From assembly GCA_963713615.1 (NCBI GenBank), contig CAVQMM010000001.1, forward strand, positions 1,536,001 through 1,600,000: 64,000 bases of DNA, read 5' to 3'. The notes below the pieces were generated by a model. The model had not been told where the DNA came from. It worked only from the letters and a program-made list of their open reading frames with translations, and searched no databases. Below are positions 19,534 to 29,207 of this stretch, piece after piece (within the stretch, counting starts at the first letter, position 1; every line of letters starts with the position of its first letter). The position numbers and the translations under genes are program-made. The stretch is from an uncultured Chlamydiae bacterium. Its GTDB lineage: Bacteria; Chlamydiota; Chlamydiia; Chlamydiales; JAJFMA01.

Positions 19534-21429
19534 ATGACCAGGACGGTTTCAATGCTCCCTCACGCACAGAAAAAAGATGGAATCGGCATTCAAGGCTACA
19601 TTGCTATTTTAGCCATCCTGGGTATATCTGCACATTTAGTCTTTCGTTATTTAGTCTCTGATATTCAAGCCTATGCTCTTTATCCCCTGTATATTACTCT
19701 TGCTGTCGGTGGGGGTATCCTGGTTTTCGAGCTCGCATACAAGCTAGTGACCTTCGAATTCGGGTCTGATTTGCTTGCAGGAATTTCCATCATTACCGCT
19801 GTCCTGCTCGAGGAATATTTAGCAGGGTCATTAGTTGTCCTCATGTTATCTGGTGGGCAAACTCTAGAAAATTACGCCATAAGAACTGCATCTCGAATGC
19901 TCGAGGTACTCGCCAAGCGAGCACCCACCACAGCACATTGTAGGAAAAATGATGTGATTGAAGATGTCTCTGTAGAAAAAATTGGTATTGGCGACACGAT
20001 TCTCATATTTCCTCATGAAATTTGCCCTGTCGATGGTGAAGTCATCGCGGGAAATGGTGTAATGGACGAATCGTATTTAACAGGTGAGCCTTTTCTCATC
20101 TCAAAAGCTCCTGGTTCAGGAGTTCTTTCCGGTTCCATCAATGGAGATGCCTCATTAACAATCAAGGCGACAAAATTGGCGCAAGACTCGCGTTACGCCA
20201 AAATCATGCAGGTGATGTCCGAGTCTGCGCAAAAACGCCCTCGGCTGCGAAGACTGGCCGATCAACTAGGAGCTTGGTACACCCCGATAGCTCTAATCAT
20301 CGCGATTTTAGCATGGGGTCTCAGCGGCGATGCAGTTCGTTTTTTGGCAGTGCTTGTGATTGCAACTCCTTGTCCACTATTGATAGCAATACCCGTAGCA
20401 ATCATTGGATCTATTTCTTTCTGTGCCAAGCGAGGAATCTTGATCAAAAATCCAATTGTGCTAGAGCAAATAGATCAATGTAAAACAATGATTTTTGACA
20501 AGACAGGGACATTGACCTATGGCAAACCCACCCTTACTGAGCAGACTGTCTATAGCAACGACAGTCCTATGGAAATTCTCAAATTAGTCGCTAGCGTAGA
20601 AAGATATTCCAAACACCCCTTGGCAGGTGCGGTTCTTGAAAAAGCTACCGAAGAAAAGATCAAATTAGTTGATGCACAGGAAATAAAAGAACCTCAAGGA
20701 GCTGGACTTCAAGCGACTGTGGCAGGACACGAAGTCATCATAACCAGCCGCAAGCAGCTTGGTAAATTTGGTTTAGAAAAAGATGCTGCAGCTTTGCCAT
20801 TAGGGGCCGGTCTTGAATGCATCGTTCTTATCGATCAGAAATTAGCAGCCCACTACCGCTTTCGAGACTCTCCAAGGGCTGATAGTTTGTCTTTCATACA
20901 ACACTTAATCCCCAAACATCGATTTAATAAAGTCATGATCGTCTCTGGAGATCGCGAAGAAGAGGTTCAATATCTGGCTAATTTCGTCGGAATCACTGAA
21001 ATCTATGCAAGTAAAAGCCCTGAGGAAAAAGTCGATATTGTGATGAAAGAAACACAACACGCAAAAACCGCCTACCTTGGAGATGGCATCAACGATGCCC
21101 CAGCGCTGCTTGCAGCCACAGTAGGAATAGCCTTTGGCCGCAATAGTGATATTACTGCAGAAGCCGCAGGGGCCGTTATCATGGAAAGTACGTTGGAGAA
21201 AGTGGATGAATTTTTGCACATCAGTAATAGGATGAGAACAATAGCCTTGCAAAGTGCGCTTGGAGGAATGGCTCTTTCGATCCTAGGAATGATCATAGCC
21301 GCTTTTGGCTTTCTCCCTCCTGTGGCTGGAGCCATTAGTCAAGAGGTGATCGATGTCATAGCGATCATGAATTCTCTAAGAACGATCTGGAAGCCAGCAG
21401 TAATGAGCGACATGAAAGGAACTTATTAG
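19534..21429 (+). CDS. Heavy-metal P1B-type ATPase (P1B-5-like)
   Basis: Motifs TGEP, ATPCPL, DKTGT, SKHP, GDGINDAP and QEVID. Confidence 0.92.
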   Translation: MTRTVSMLPHAQKKDGIGIQGYIAILAILGISAHLVFRYLVSDIQAYALYPLYITLAVGGGILVFELAYKLVTFEFGSDLLAGISIITAVLLEEYLAGSLVVLMLSGGQTLENYAIRTASRMLEVLAKRAPTTAHCRKNDVIEDVSVEKIGIGDTILIFPHEICPVDGEVIAGNGVMDESYLTGEPFLISKAPGSGVLSGSINGDASLTIKATKLAQDSRYAKIMQVMSESAQKRPRLRRLADQLGAWYTPIALIIAILAWGLSGDAVRFLAVLVIATPCPLLIAIPVAIIGSISFCAKRGILIKNPIVLEQIDQCKTMIFDKTGTLTYGKPTLTEQTVYSNDSPMEILKLVASVERYSKHPLAGAVLEKATEEKIKLVDAQEIKEPQGAGLQATVAGHEVIITSRKQLGKFGLEKDAAALPLGAGLECIVLIDQKLAAHYRFRDSPRADSLSFIQHLIPKHRFNKVMIVSGDREEEVQYLANFVGITEIYASKSPEEKVDIVMKETQHAKTAYLGDGINDAPALLAATVGIAFGRNSDITAEAAGAVIMESTLEKVDEFLHISNRMRTIALQSALGGMALSILGMIIAAFGFLPPVAGAISQEVIDVIAIMNSLRTIWKPAVMSDMKGTY

Positions 21430-21492
21430 AAGGGCACTTTTCCATAAGAAAGAGGATCAACCAAAAAAAACACATGAGTGGCGTGGTGCAAA

Positions 21493-22554
21493 ATGAAAGC
21501 TCTTGTATATCAAGGTCCGGGTAAAATTAGCCTAGAAGACAAACCGAAGCCCAACATTGAAAACCCTACGGATTGTATCGTACGCATGACGACGACGACG
21601 ATTTGCGGGACAGATCTGCATATTCGGAAAGGTGATGTCCCGACAGTACAAATCGGGCGCACATTAGGGCATGAAGGCGTGGGTATCATTGATGCAGTGG
21701 GAAGCGCGGTATCGAATTTTCGCATTAATGATAAGGTATTGGTCTCTTGTATTACCTCTTGTGGTAAGTGCAGTTGTTGCAAAGAAAAAATGTACTCTCA
21801 TTGCAAGGAAGGTGGATGGCTACTCGGACATAGAATAGATGGTACTCAGGCAGAATATGTGCGCATTCCCTTTGCCGATATGAGCCTTCATCCCCTACCT
21901 GAAGGAGTAGACGAGGAAGCCGTGGTGATGTTTAGCGACGTGCTACCTACGGCATTTGAGACGGGAGTTCTAAAAGGACAGATTAAATTAGGGGATACCG
22001 TAGCCATCGTGGGTGCAGGACCAATAGGTTTGGCCACGCTGTTAACAGCACAGTTCTACTCCCCTGCTGAAATTATCATGATCGATTTAGACGACTATCG
22101 CCTAGAGGTTGCTAAACGCTTGGGAGCGAGTAAGGTCATTAATGATCACGATAATAGCGCGGTGAACAGCATTTTACAAATGACCAATCAAAAAGGTGTT
22201 GATGTAGCCATTGAAGCTGTAGGTACTCCAGAAGCATTTAACACCTGTCAGTCTATTGTTGCCGCAGGTGGCCATATCGCCAATATAGGAGTGCATGGAA
22301 AGAGTATTAACCTGCATTTAGAAAATCTCTGGGATAAGAATATTACCTTAACAACAGCATTAGTTGATACTTTCACCATACCCACCCTTTTAAGAGTCTT
22401 TAAAAACGGCAAGCTAAACCCTTCTCAGTTAATCACTCATCATTTTGATTTAAATGAAGTAGTCAAAGCCTATGAAGTTTTTGGAGATGCGGCCGGACAA
22501 CATAGCCTAAAAGTTATCTTAAAGAATAAGCAATATCTATATGCTATCAAATAA
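21493..22554 (+). CDS. Zinc-dependent alcohol dehydrogenase
   Basis: Motifs ICGTDLH, GHEG, the structural Zn Cys cluster and GAGPIG. Confidence 0.93.
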   Translation: MKALVYQGPGKISLEDKPKPNIENPTDCIVRMTTTTICGTDLHIRKGDVPTVQIGRTLGHEGVGIIDAVGSAVSNFRINDKVLVSCITSCGKCSCCKEKMYSHCKEGGWLLGHRIDGTQAEYVRIPFADMSLHPLPEGVDEEAVVMFSDVLPTAFETGVLKGQIKLGDTVAIVGAGPIGLATLLTAQFYSPAEIIMIDLDDYRLEVAKRLGASKVINDHDNSAVNSILQMTNQKGVDVAIEAVGTPEAFNTCQSIVAAGGHIANIGVHGKSINLHLENLWDKNITLTTALVDTFTIPTLLRVFKNGKLNPSQLITHHFDLNEVVKAYEVFGDAAGQHSLKVILKNKQYLYAIK

Positions 22555-22590
22555 TGCCATTTTCATATTGATGATAAATAAATAAGACTC

Positions 22591-23361
22591 CTATAGGATG
22601 CGTTCATCCATCAACAATTGCTTAACCCTCTGAATACGTTGAGCAGGGCTTATCTTTGTATCGCGAACGTTATAGGCAAAGGGAAATGAACTTCCTTCTT
22701 TTTCCACCCACCCGACAAACCAGCCAAGTATTAAACACCCACCGTCCTGTTCACTGATAGAACCCATTCCTGTTTTCCCAAATAGTTTCCATGCGTCTGA
22801 TAATTCATCCACCAACAGAAGCTCTTTTGTCCTCCGAATGGCATTGCTTGAGATAGGAAGCTTCCCATGAATCACGCTCTGAATGAAATCCACCTGTCCT
22901 CTTGGAGAAATTTTCAAAGAAGAACTCAGCCATGCAGTTGTTAGCCCTCCAGACATATCCTGATTCCCATAGTCTAATACAGCTAAGTATTTCTGAATTT
23001 TCTCCAATCCTAACTGAGATGCCAGGATCTGTGAGTACCAGACACAGGAATTTTTTATCCATGATTGTGGGCTTTGTGGTGCCTTCCATGAATCGAAATC
23101 ATCCATGTATCCCTCTTGAAAAGCCCAAGTTGGATTCGTTTTGTCTTTTAAGATTCCCGCATCATATCCCATTAAACTCAAAGCAATCTTAAACGTAGAA
23201 GCAGGAGATACGCATTCATTGACATGAGGGCCAAGTTCCAACATAACTTCACTGGTAAGGCCATTGATGAGAAGAAAATTCTCCTCAGCTGAAAAAGCAC
23301 ATGAGCCTGTGAAGACGAGCAGCAAGCAAGCGATTAACCTTGGAAATTGAATACAATCCAT
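22591..23361 (-). CDS. Class D (OXA-like) beta-lactamase
   Basis: Motifs PASTFKI, SCVW, YGN, WL..SLKIS, KTG and GWFVGW. Signal peptide from ATG at 23361; the upstream part of the ORF-track call lies in a repeat. Confidence 0.9.
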   Translation of the reverse strand: MDCIQFPRLIACLLLVFTGSCAFSAEENFLLINGLTSEVMLELGPHVNECVSPASTFKIALSLMGYDAGILKDKTNPTWAFQEGYMDDFDSWKAPQSPQSWIKNSCVWYSQILASQLGLEKIQKYLAVLDYGNQDMSGGLTTAWLSSSLKISPRGQVDFIQSVIHGKLPISSNAIRRTKELLLVDELSDAWKLFGKTGMGSISEQDGGCLILGWFVGWVEKEGSSFPFAYNVRDTKISPAQRIQRVKQLLMDERIL

Positions 23362-23379
23362 TAAAAACCTCTGATTTTG

Positions 23380-23739
23380 GGTTCTTGGGAAGAATTGGGG
23401 GTGCTTTGGGGTCATAATCGTCAGTCGGCGCGAAGCGCTTTGGAGTGCGGTCGCTCGCGACCGCTTTGGATTTGGGCGAAGTTGGCATTGCAAGAAACGT
23501 AACCCTTCTCTCTAGGGGTAACTGTGTGTGTGGGGGCAGCCTCCGTAGAACGGTGCGCGATTCAATAGGCTCGCCCAAATCCAAAGCGGTCGCGAGCGAC
23601 GCGCACTCCAAAGCGCTGCGCGCCGAGATACGATTGTGAGGGCGCAGTTAGTTGCTTAAGTTGATGCCTATGACTCCAAAGCGCTGCGCGCCGAGTGACG
23701 ATTGTGATTCCAAAGCGCCCCCAATTTTTCCCAAGAACC
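23380..23739. repeat. Composite CCAAAGCG/GCACTCC palindromic repeat element
   Basis: Same outer arms as 15233-15402, plus an inner IR GCGCTTTGGAGTGCG...CGACCGCTTTGGATTTGGGCGA / TCGCCCAAATCCAAAGCGGTCG...CGCACTCCAAAGCGC. Confidence 0.8.
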
Positions 23740-23897
23740 TGATTTTGCAAGAACTTTAATGGGACAGTTGGTTTGTAAGCCAGAAAATAAATCGCCACCG
23801 CATGCGGTGTCTTGGGATAAAATAATTGTTGCAAAACGGGTCACTAAGAGGGCAATAGTGAGGTCGAGAGGTTGCTGGAATTTAGTGAAGGACCACG

Positions 23898-25586
23898 ATG
23901 AAAATAAAACAACTCGTTTTGAAAGCTCTTGTTCAAGAAGGCGTAAACTATCTCTTCATGGTTCCTGGTGGCTTGGTCGATCCCTTTCTGACTGCATTCG
24001 ATTTGGAAAAAGGGATCACTCCTATTGTAGCAGCTCATGAGGCAGGCGCGGCTTATATGGCCGATGGATACGCCAGAGCAAGCCGCAAATTTGGAGCCTG
24101 TCTATGTATTGGAGGACCAGGCACAACCAATACCGTAACGGCGCTACTGGCAGCTAAGAGCGACGAGTCCCCTCTGTTAGTTCTAAGTGGTGAAGTCTCG
24201 ACCACAAGAGAGGGCCTTGGAATGTTTCAAGATGCCAGCCTCATAGCCTTGGATGACTTCGACATTTTGAAGGCAGCCACAAAATTTTCGGTCACAATTG
24301 AAAATGCTGATCTCTTTCTCCATCACTTTCAGCGAAGTCTAGAAATGATGTTAGCTTACAATAGCTCTCCTGTACACGTCTGCCTCCCAAAGGACATTCA
24401 GGAGGCAGATATTGCTAAGCCTCTATTTGCACCTATAGACCACTCGTTTTATGGTACAAAATGCCTAGACATGCAAGCCGCTGATCTATGCCTGGAAGAT
24501 CTGAAAAGGGATAAAGTCGCCATCTTAGCTGGAAATGGCATTAGCACCCCTACCGCAGCTCAGACTCTCATCCAATTTAGCGAATTAACCGGTATCCCCG
24601 TAGCCACTACCCTGCGGGCAAAGGGAACTTTCCCCGAAGACCATCCCCTCTCGTTGGGGGTCTTTGGCTATTCCGGGACGGCTCATGCTACAGAAGCCTT
24701 GCTACATGATGATCTGCAGGTCTTGCTTGTGTTGGGATCTGGCCTCAATCAACGTGATTCTATGAATTGGACATTAGGCCTAGCCCCTACGTTGCGCTTT
24801 ATCCAGGTTAATATGGACATTAACATCGGAGCTACATCCTACCCTCATACCCATCTTGTACAAGGAGATTGTGGGACATTCCTAGAGTATTTAATCGGCA
24901 AAAACATCCCCTTTATTCCATCTAGAAAGGCATGGCTAGAGACACTAAAAAAAGGACCACGCCTATATGACACCGAAAACCTTACGTCAAACGCCATTCC
25001 CATACACCCTGCTCGAATGCTTCGTGAGCTGCGTCAGGTGGCACCAAGAAATACGGTATTATTGGTAGACAGCGGAGCGCATCGCGCATTTTGCGGCCAT
25101 TATTGGGAAGCCTATGCCCCTGGAGAGTATATATCAGCGACCAACCTAGGCCCGATGGGTTGGGCCATTCCAGCTGGTATTGGCGCCAAATTAGCTAGGC
25201 CAGATCAGCCTTGTTGTGTGGTGACTGGCGACGGATGCATGCTAATGCATGGAATGGAGATTCAAACAGCCGCAAAGCATAAAATTCCTGTAATCTATGT
25301 GGTGATCAATAATAGTGCGCTGGGTAATGTCTACCTAAGGGCTGAAAAGGAAGGGCCGACTCCCATGGCATTAACCTCGCTCCCCGACCATGACTGGGCG
25401 GGATTTGCCCAGGCTTTAGGGGCACAAGGGGAAACTGTAACGAATCCTGACACTTTAAAAGATGCCTTTAAAAGAGCCTTTGCTTCTAGCAACACTTATG
25501 TCATCGACGTGAAGTGCGGAAAAAGCTTTCCCACACCCGTAGAACCCTTCAATGAAGCAAAAAAAGCATGGAGTTACCACGATTAG
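23898..25586 (+). CDS. Thiamine-diphosphate-binding protein (acetolactate synthase-like)
   Basis: Motifs HEAGAAYMADGYAR, GPG, GPMGW and GDG...NN. Confidence 0.9.
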   Translation: MKIKQLVLKALVQEGVNYLFMVPGGLVDPFLTAFDLEKGITPIVAAHEAGAAYMADGYARASRKFGACLCIGGPGTTNTVTALLAAKSDESPLLVLSGEVSTTREGLGMFQDASLIALDDFDILKAATKFSVTIENADLFLHHFQRSLEMMLAYNSSPVHVCLPKDIQEADIAKPLFAPIDHSFYGTKCLDMQAADLCLEDLKRDKVAILAGNGISTPTAAQTLIQFSELTGIPVATTLRAKGTFPEDHPLSLGVFGYSGTAHATEALLHDDLQVLLVLGSGLNQRDSMNWTLGLAPTLRFIQVNMDINIGATSYPHTHLVQGDCGTFLEYLIGKNIPFIPSRKAWLETLKKGPRLYDTENLTSNAIPIHPARMLRELRQVAPRNTVLLVDSGAHRAFCGHYWEAYAPGEYISATNLGPMGWAIPAGIGAKLARPDQPCCVVTGDGCMLMHGMEIQTAAKHKIPVIYVVINNSALGNVYLRAEKEGPTPMALTSLPDHDWAGFAQALGAQGETVTNPDTLKDAFKRAFASSNTYVIDVKCGKSFPTPVEPFNEAKKAWSYHD

Positions 25587-25587
25587 T

Positions 25588-26103
25588 ATGAGCAAACTAC
25601 CCGACCCAGTCCCCCAACTTCAGGGGCAAGATTTAGCGCTTTATGAGGCTCTCAAAGCAAAAAGAGGTCACATTGATGGAATGTACCGTACACTGTTAAA
25701 TCATCCTGAGCTCACCAAACATGTCTCTGATTTGGGAACTTACCTGCGCTTTGGATCTACTTTAGAGGGACATATCAGAGAGTTTATTATCTTAACGTCG
25801 GCGCATCGGCTTAATGCCGATTACGAATGGGTTAAACATCTACAACCAGCCGCTCAGGCTGGATTACCGGAGGAGATCATCTCCGCCATAAAGAATAATC
25901 AATCACTTCCCGACCCCTACCTCACGCTTGCCTCGGCCATTGAATATCCGCTCAATCTACAGAACATTCCTGTCGCATTGCAGACTCAACTCATTAAGAT
26001 GCTCTCGGTCAAAGGATTGCTGGAGTTTGTTATTCTGGTAGGTTTCTATCGAATGATCGCCGGTGTAATCACCTCTTTCGATGTCCCCCTCCCCCCTGAT
26101 TAA
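25588..26103 (+). CDS. Carboxymuconolactone decarboxylase family protein
   Basis: Motifs LLNHPEL, REFIIL, YEWVKH and GFYRM. ATG lies 1 nt after the previous stop. Confidence 0.8.
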   Translation: MSKLPDPVPQLQGQDLALYEALKAKRGHIDGMYRTLLNHPELTKHVSDLGTYLRFGSTLEGHIREFIILTSAHRLNADYEWVKHLQPAAQAGLPEEIISAIKNNQSLPDPYLTLASAIEYPLNLQNIPVALQTQLIKMLSVKGLLEFVILVGFYRMIAGVITSFDVPLPPD

Positions 26104-26188
26104 CGTTGAAGACACCGAACAGCGCTCTATTTATAAAATAAATAAAATGATATAATGAATTTGGAGAATGTTTTCTATGAGGTAAATT

Positions 26189-26407
26189 ATGGATCCGGTA
26201 TCCAATCAACCATTTTCTCATGACTACGCAAAATATGTATATCAAACTCCCGATGTCTGGGTGATCAACCATGGACTCCCTCCTTCTAAGCCATTTGAGG
26301 TAAAAGCACCTGAGAAATCAAAGAAGACCAAGAAGGACATGGAAAAAGAGAAGAAACAGAATGCGAAAAAGGAGTCCACATGGTGGGCAAGGCACCTTTT
26401 AGGATAG
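26189..26407 (+). CDS. Small Lys-rich hypothetical protein
   Basis: 72-aa ORF with RBS GAGGT and an AT-rich promoter-like region upstream. Confidence 0.5.
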   Translation: MDPVSNQPFSHDYAKYVYQTPDVWVINHGLPPSKPFEVKAPEKSKKTKKDMEKEKKQNAKKESTWWARHLLG

Positions 26408-26521
26408 CTATAGCCCTTTACATCAACAACCCCGACTCGTCTAAAAGCTGCTCCTGATAGCGTTCCCTATAACACTACACCGATTAATGAGGCAGTGTTC
26501 TCAAGTTAAATGAATCCGCCC

Positions 26522-27094
26522 CTACCTAAATCCTGGTTCAAGCTCATCCAGTGCCTTATTGAGCACGAGAACATTGACACAGGCTTCTCCTAAAAAACCT
26601 AGAGGTTGTTCTATGGTCAAGGTATCGACAAGATGCCTAATCTTGTTGCTTTCCATGTTCCGTGCTTTAGCAACGCGTTCAATTTGGAAATAGGCCGTAG
26701 CGATGCTAATGTGAGGGTCGAGCCCGCTTCCTGATGCGAACAGGAGCTCTGCAGGTATTTTGTCTTTATCGACATGATGAACTTTGAGAATCTTATCCTG
26801 CCTTTCTTCTACAGCCTTCTTCAAGGCTTCACTTGTTGGGCCTAAGTTACTCCCTCCCGAGGGAATAGGGTTGTAATCGATTGACGAAGGCCGTGCCCAA
26901 AAATATTTTTCACTCTCAAACTTTTGGGCGATTAGCGTCGCTCCCACAATTTTTTTATTGGAAGAAAGGAACCCTCCATCGGCTTTTTGCTTCATCATCA
27001 GCTGTGCAAGTCCTGTGACTAATAAGGGATAGATGATTCCGGTGAGAACCGTCATCCAAAGAAACATGCGCACGTTAATCCATATCTTTGTCAT
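26522..27094 (-). CDS. kdpC: K+-transporting ATPase subunit C
   Basis: Motifs YFWARPS, SGGSNLGP, ASGSGLDPHIS and VNVLVLN. Confidence 0.95.
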   Translation of the reverse strand: MTKIWINVRMFLWMTVLTGIIYPLLVTGLAQLMMKQKADGGFLSSNKKIVGATLIAQKFESEKYFWARPSSIDYNPIPSGGSNLGPTSEALKKAVEERQDKILKVHHVDKDKIPAELLFASGSGLDPHISIATAYFQIERVAKARNMESNKIRHLVDTLTIEQPLGFLGEACVNVLVLNKALDELEPGFR

Positions 27095-27104
27095 GAATCA
27101 AGCC

Positions 27105-29198
27105 TCATCCAATTAAACCCAAGGAGGTGATAATAAGATCAATAAATTTGATTCCAACGAAAGGAGCTACAATTCCTCCGAGCCCATACACTAAAATATT
27201 CTTTCTCAACAGCGTATTTGCAGACTGGGCCTTGTACTGAACCCCCCTAAGGGCAAGTGGAATTAGGGCAACAATAATCAGAGCATTAAAGATTACAGCG
27301 CTTAAAATGGCACTTTGAGGAGAGTGCAGGAACATTACATTAAGGACTGTCAGGGGTCCTTGGCCTCCATGAAACACGTAAAGGGCTCCAAAAATCGCAG
27401 GAATGATAGCAAAGTACTTGGCGACATCATTAGCTATGCTAAAGGTGGTTAATGCTCCTCGTGTCATCAACATCTGTTTTCCTATCTGAACAATATCGAT
27501 AAGCTTGGTTGGGTTACTATCCAAATCAACCATATTTCCTGCTTCTCTGGACGCCTGCGTTCCCGTATTCATGGCTACACCAACATCGGCCTGGGCGAGA
27601 GCTGGAGCATCATTAGTCCCATCACCTGTCATGGCCACTAACTGCCCGTCCTCTTGCTCTGTTCGAATTTTTGCCAATTTCATTTCGGGAGTAGCTTCAG
27701 CAATATATTCATCTACGCCAGCTTCAGCAGCAATCGCAGCAGCTGTCAAAGGGTTATCCCCAGTAATCATCACTGTACGGATTCCCATGTTTCTCATTTC
27801 CAGAAATTTTTCTTTTATCCCGCCTTTTACGATGTCTTTAAGGTGGATAATTCCCACAATTTTGTCGTTATCACTGACTAGTAGAGGAGTTCCACCTTTG
27901 TGTGAAATAGGCTCTATGGCAGCATCAAATTGTGAGGGATATTTCCCTCCCAGGCTTTCAATATGTTTGCTGATAGCCTCTGCGGCACCCTTTCGTATGC
28001 GACGTATCACGTTACCATTACCATCTGTAAAATCTATTCCACTCATGCGAGTGAGGGCAGAAAAGGGAATGAAGGTGGAATTACAGACTTCCAACGATTG
28101 CGCTCTTAAATTGTGCTGTTTTTTTGCCAATACAACGATAGATCGACCTTCAGGAGTCTCATCGGATAAAGAGGCGAGTTGAGCAATTAAGGCAAAATCC
28201 TTTTCATCAACACCTGTAGCAGGCAAGAACGCCGTCGCCATTCGGTTGCCCATAGTAATCGTTCCTGTTTTGTCCAAAAGCAGCAAATTGACATCTCCAG
28301 CAGCTTCAACCGCGCGACCGCTCATAGCAATCACATTGCGACGTATCAGCCGATCTATTCCAGCAATTCCAACAGCACTCAGAAGAGCACTAATGGTTGT
28401 AGGGATAAGGCACACAAGAAGAGCAATTAAAATAGGAAGGGTAAGGACGTGCGACAAATCCTGCTTGGCAGCATCGCCGCTATATTCGCCAAAGGTCTTT
28501 ACGGAGGCTGTCGTAAGCAGAAAAATGACTGTTAAGGCCGAGAGGACGATATGCAAGGCCACCTCATTAGGAGTGCGCTGTCTCTTTGCGCCTTCAATTA
28601 GACCTATCATTCTGTCTAAAAAGCTGTGACCCGCATCAGACGTCACCCTAATCTTCACCCGATCGCTCAAAATTTTTGTCCCGGCGGTCACAGCGCTTCT
28701 ATCTCCCCCACTTTCTCGAATAACCGGAGCTGATTCGCCTGTGATTGCGGATTCATCAAAAGAAGCAACACCCTCGATGACTTCACCATCTGAAGGGATG
28801 ATGTCTCCTGCCTGACAAATGATGATATCCCCTTTTTTAAGTTGACTGGAAGGTATCTTTATTTCGATGCCATGGTGATCTTGTCTGGCATAGGCCTCGA
28901 TTTTTGTTTTCCTCAAGCTTGCCGCCTGGGCCTTACCACGACTTTCGGCAATAGCTTGAGCAAAGTTTGCAAAGAGGATCGTAAACCACAACCACATTGC
29001 AATTTGAACATCAAACCAAGATATGGAACGAGTTGATATTTCGTTGATGACACATAAAGTTGTCACAATAGCGCCAAGATAGGTGACGAACATAACTGGG
29101 TTTTTAATTTGAACTCGCGGGGTAAGCATCAAAAAGGCATCTCTTATAGAGCCTAAAACCATCGAGATGTTGAGAAAGTCTGTCCGTTTGTGTTCCAT
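27105..29198 (-). CDS. kdpB: K+-transporting ATPase subunit B
   Basis: Motifs KNPVMF, TGES, LIPTT, DKTGT, KGA and GDGTNDAP. Confidence 0.97.
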   Translation of the reverse strand: MEHKRTDFLNISMVLGSIRDAFLMLTPRVQIKNPVMFVTYLGAIVTTLCVINEISTRSISWFDVQIAMWLWFTILFANFAQAIAESRGKAQAASLRKTKIEAYARQDHHGIEIKIPSSQLKKGDIIICQAGDIIPSDGEVIEGVASFDESAITGESAPVIRESGGDRSAVTAGTKILSDRVKIRVTSDAGHSFLDRMIGLIEGAKRQRTPNEVALHIVLSALTVIFLLTTASVKTFGEYSGDAAKQDLSHVLTLPILIALLVCLIPTTISALLSAVGIAGIDRLIRRNVIAMSGRAVEAAGDVNLLLLDKTGTITMGNRMATAFLPATGVDEKDFALIAQLASLSDETPEGRSIVVLAKKQHNLRAQSLEVCNSTFIPFSALTRMSGIDFTDGNGNVIRRIRKGAAEAISKHIESLGGKYPSQFDAAIEPISHKGGTPLLVSDNDKIVGIIHLKDIVKGGIKEKFLEMRNMGIRTVMITGDNPLTAAAIAAEAGVDEYIAEATPEMKLAKIRTEQEDGQLVAMTGDGTNDAPALAQADVGVAMNTGTQASREAGNMVDLDSNPTKLIDIVQIGKQMLMTRGALTTFSIANDVAKYFAIIPAIFGALYVFHGGQGPLTVLNVMFLHSPQSAILSAVIFNALIIVALIPLALRGVQYKAQSANTLLRKNILVYGLGGIVAPFVGIKFIDLIITSLGLIG

Positions 29199-29207
29199 AA
29201 AACTCCT

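Noticed and set aside
23362..23493. N-terminal extension of the beta-lactamase
   Set aside because: It lies in the palindromic repeat, and the signal peptide starts at ATG 23361.
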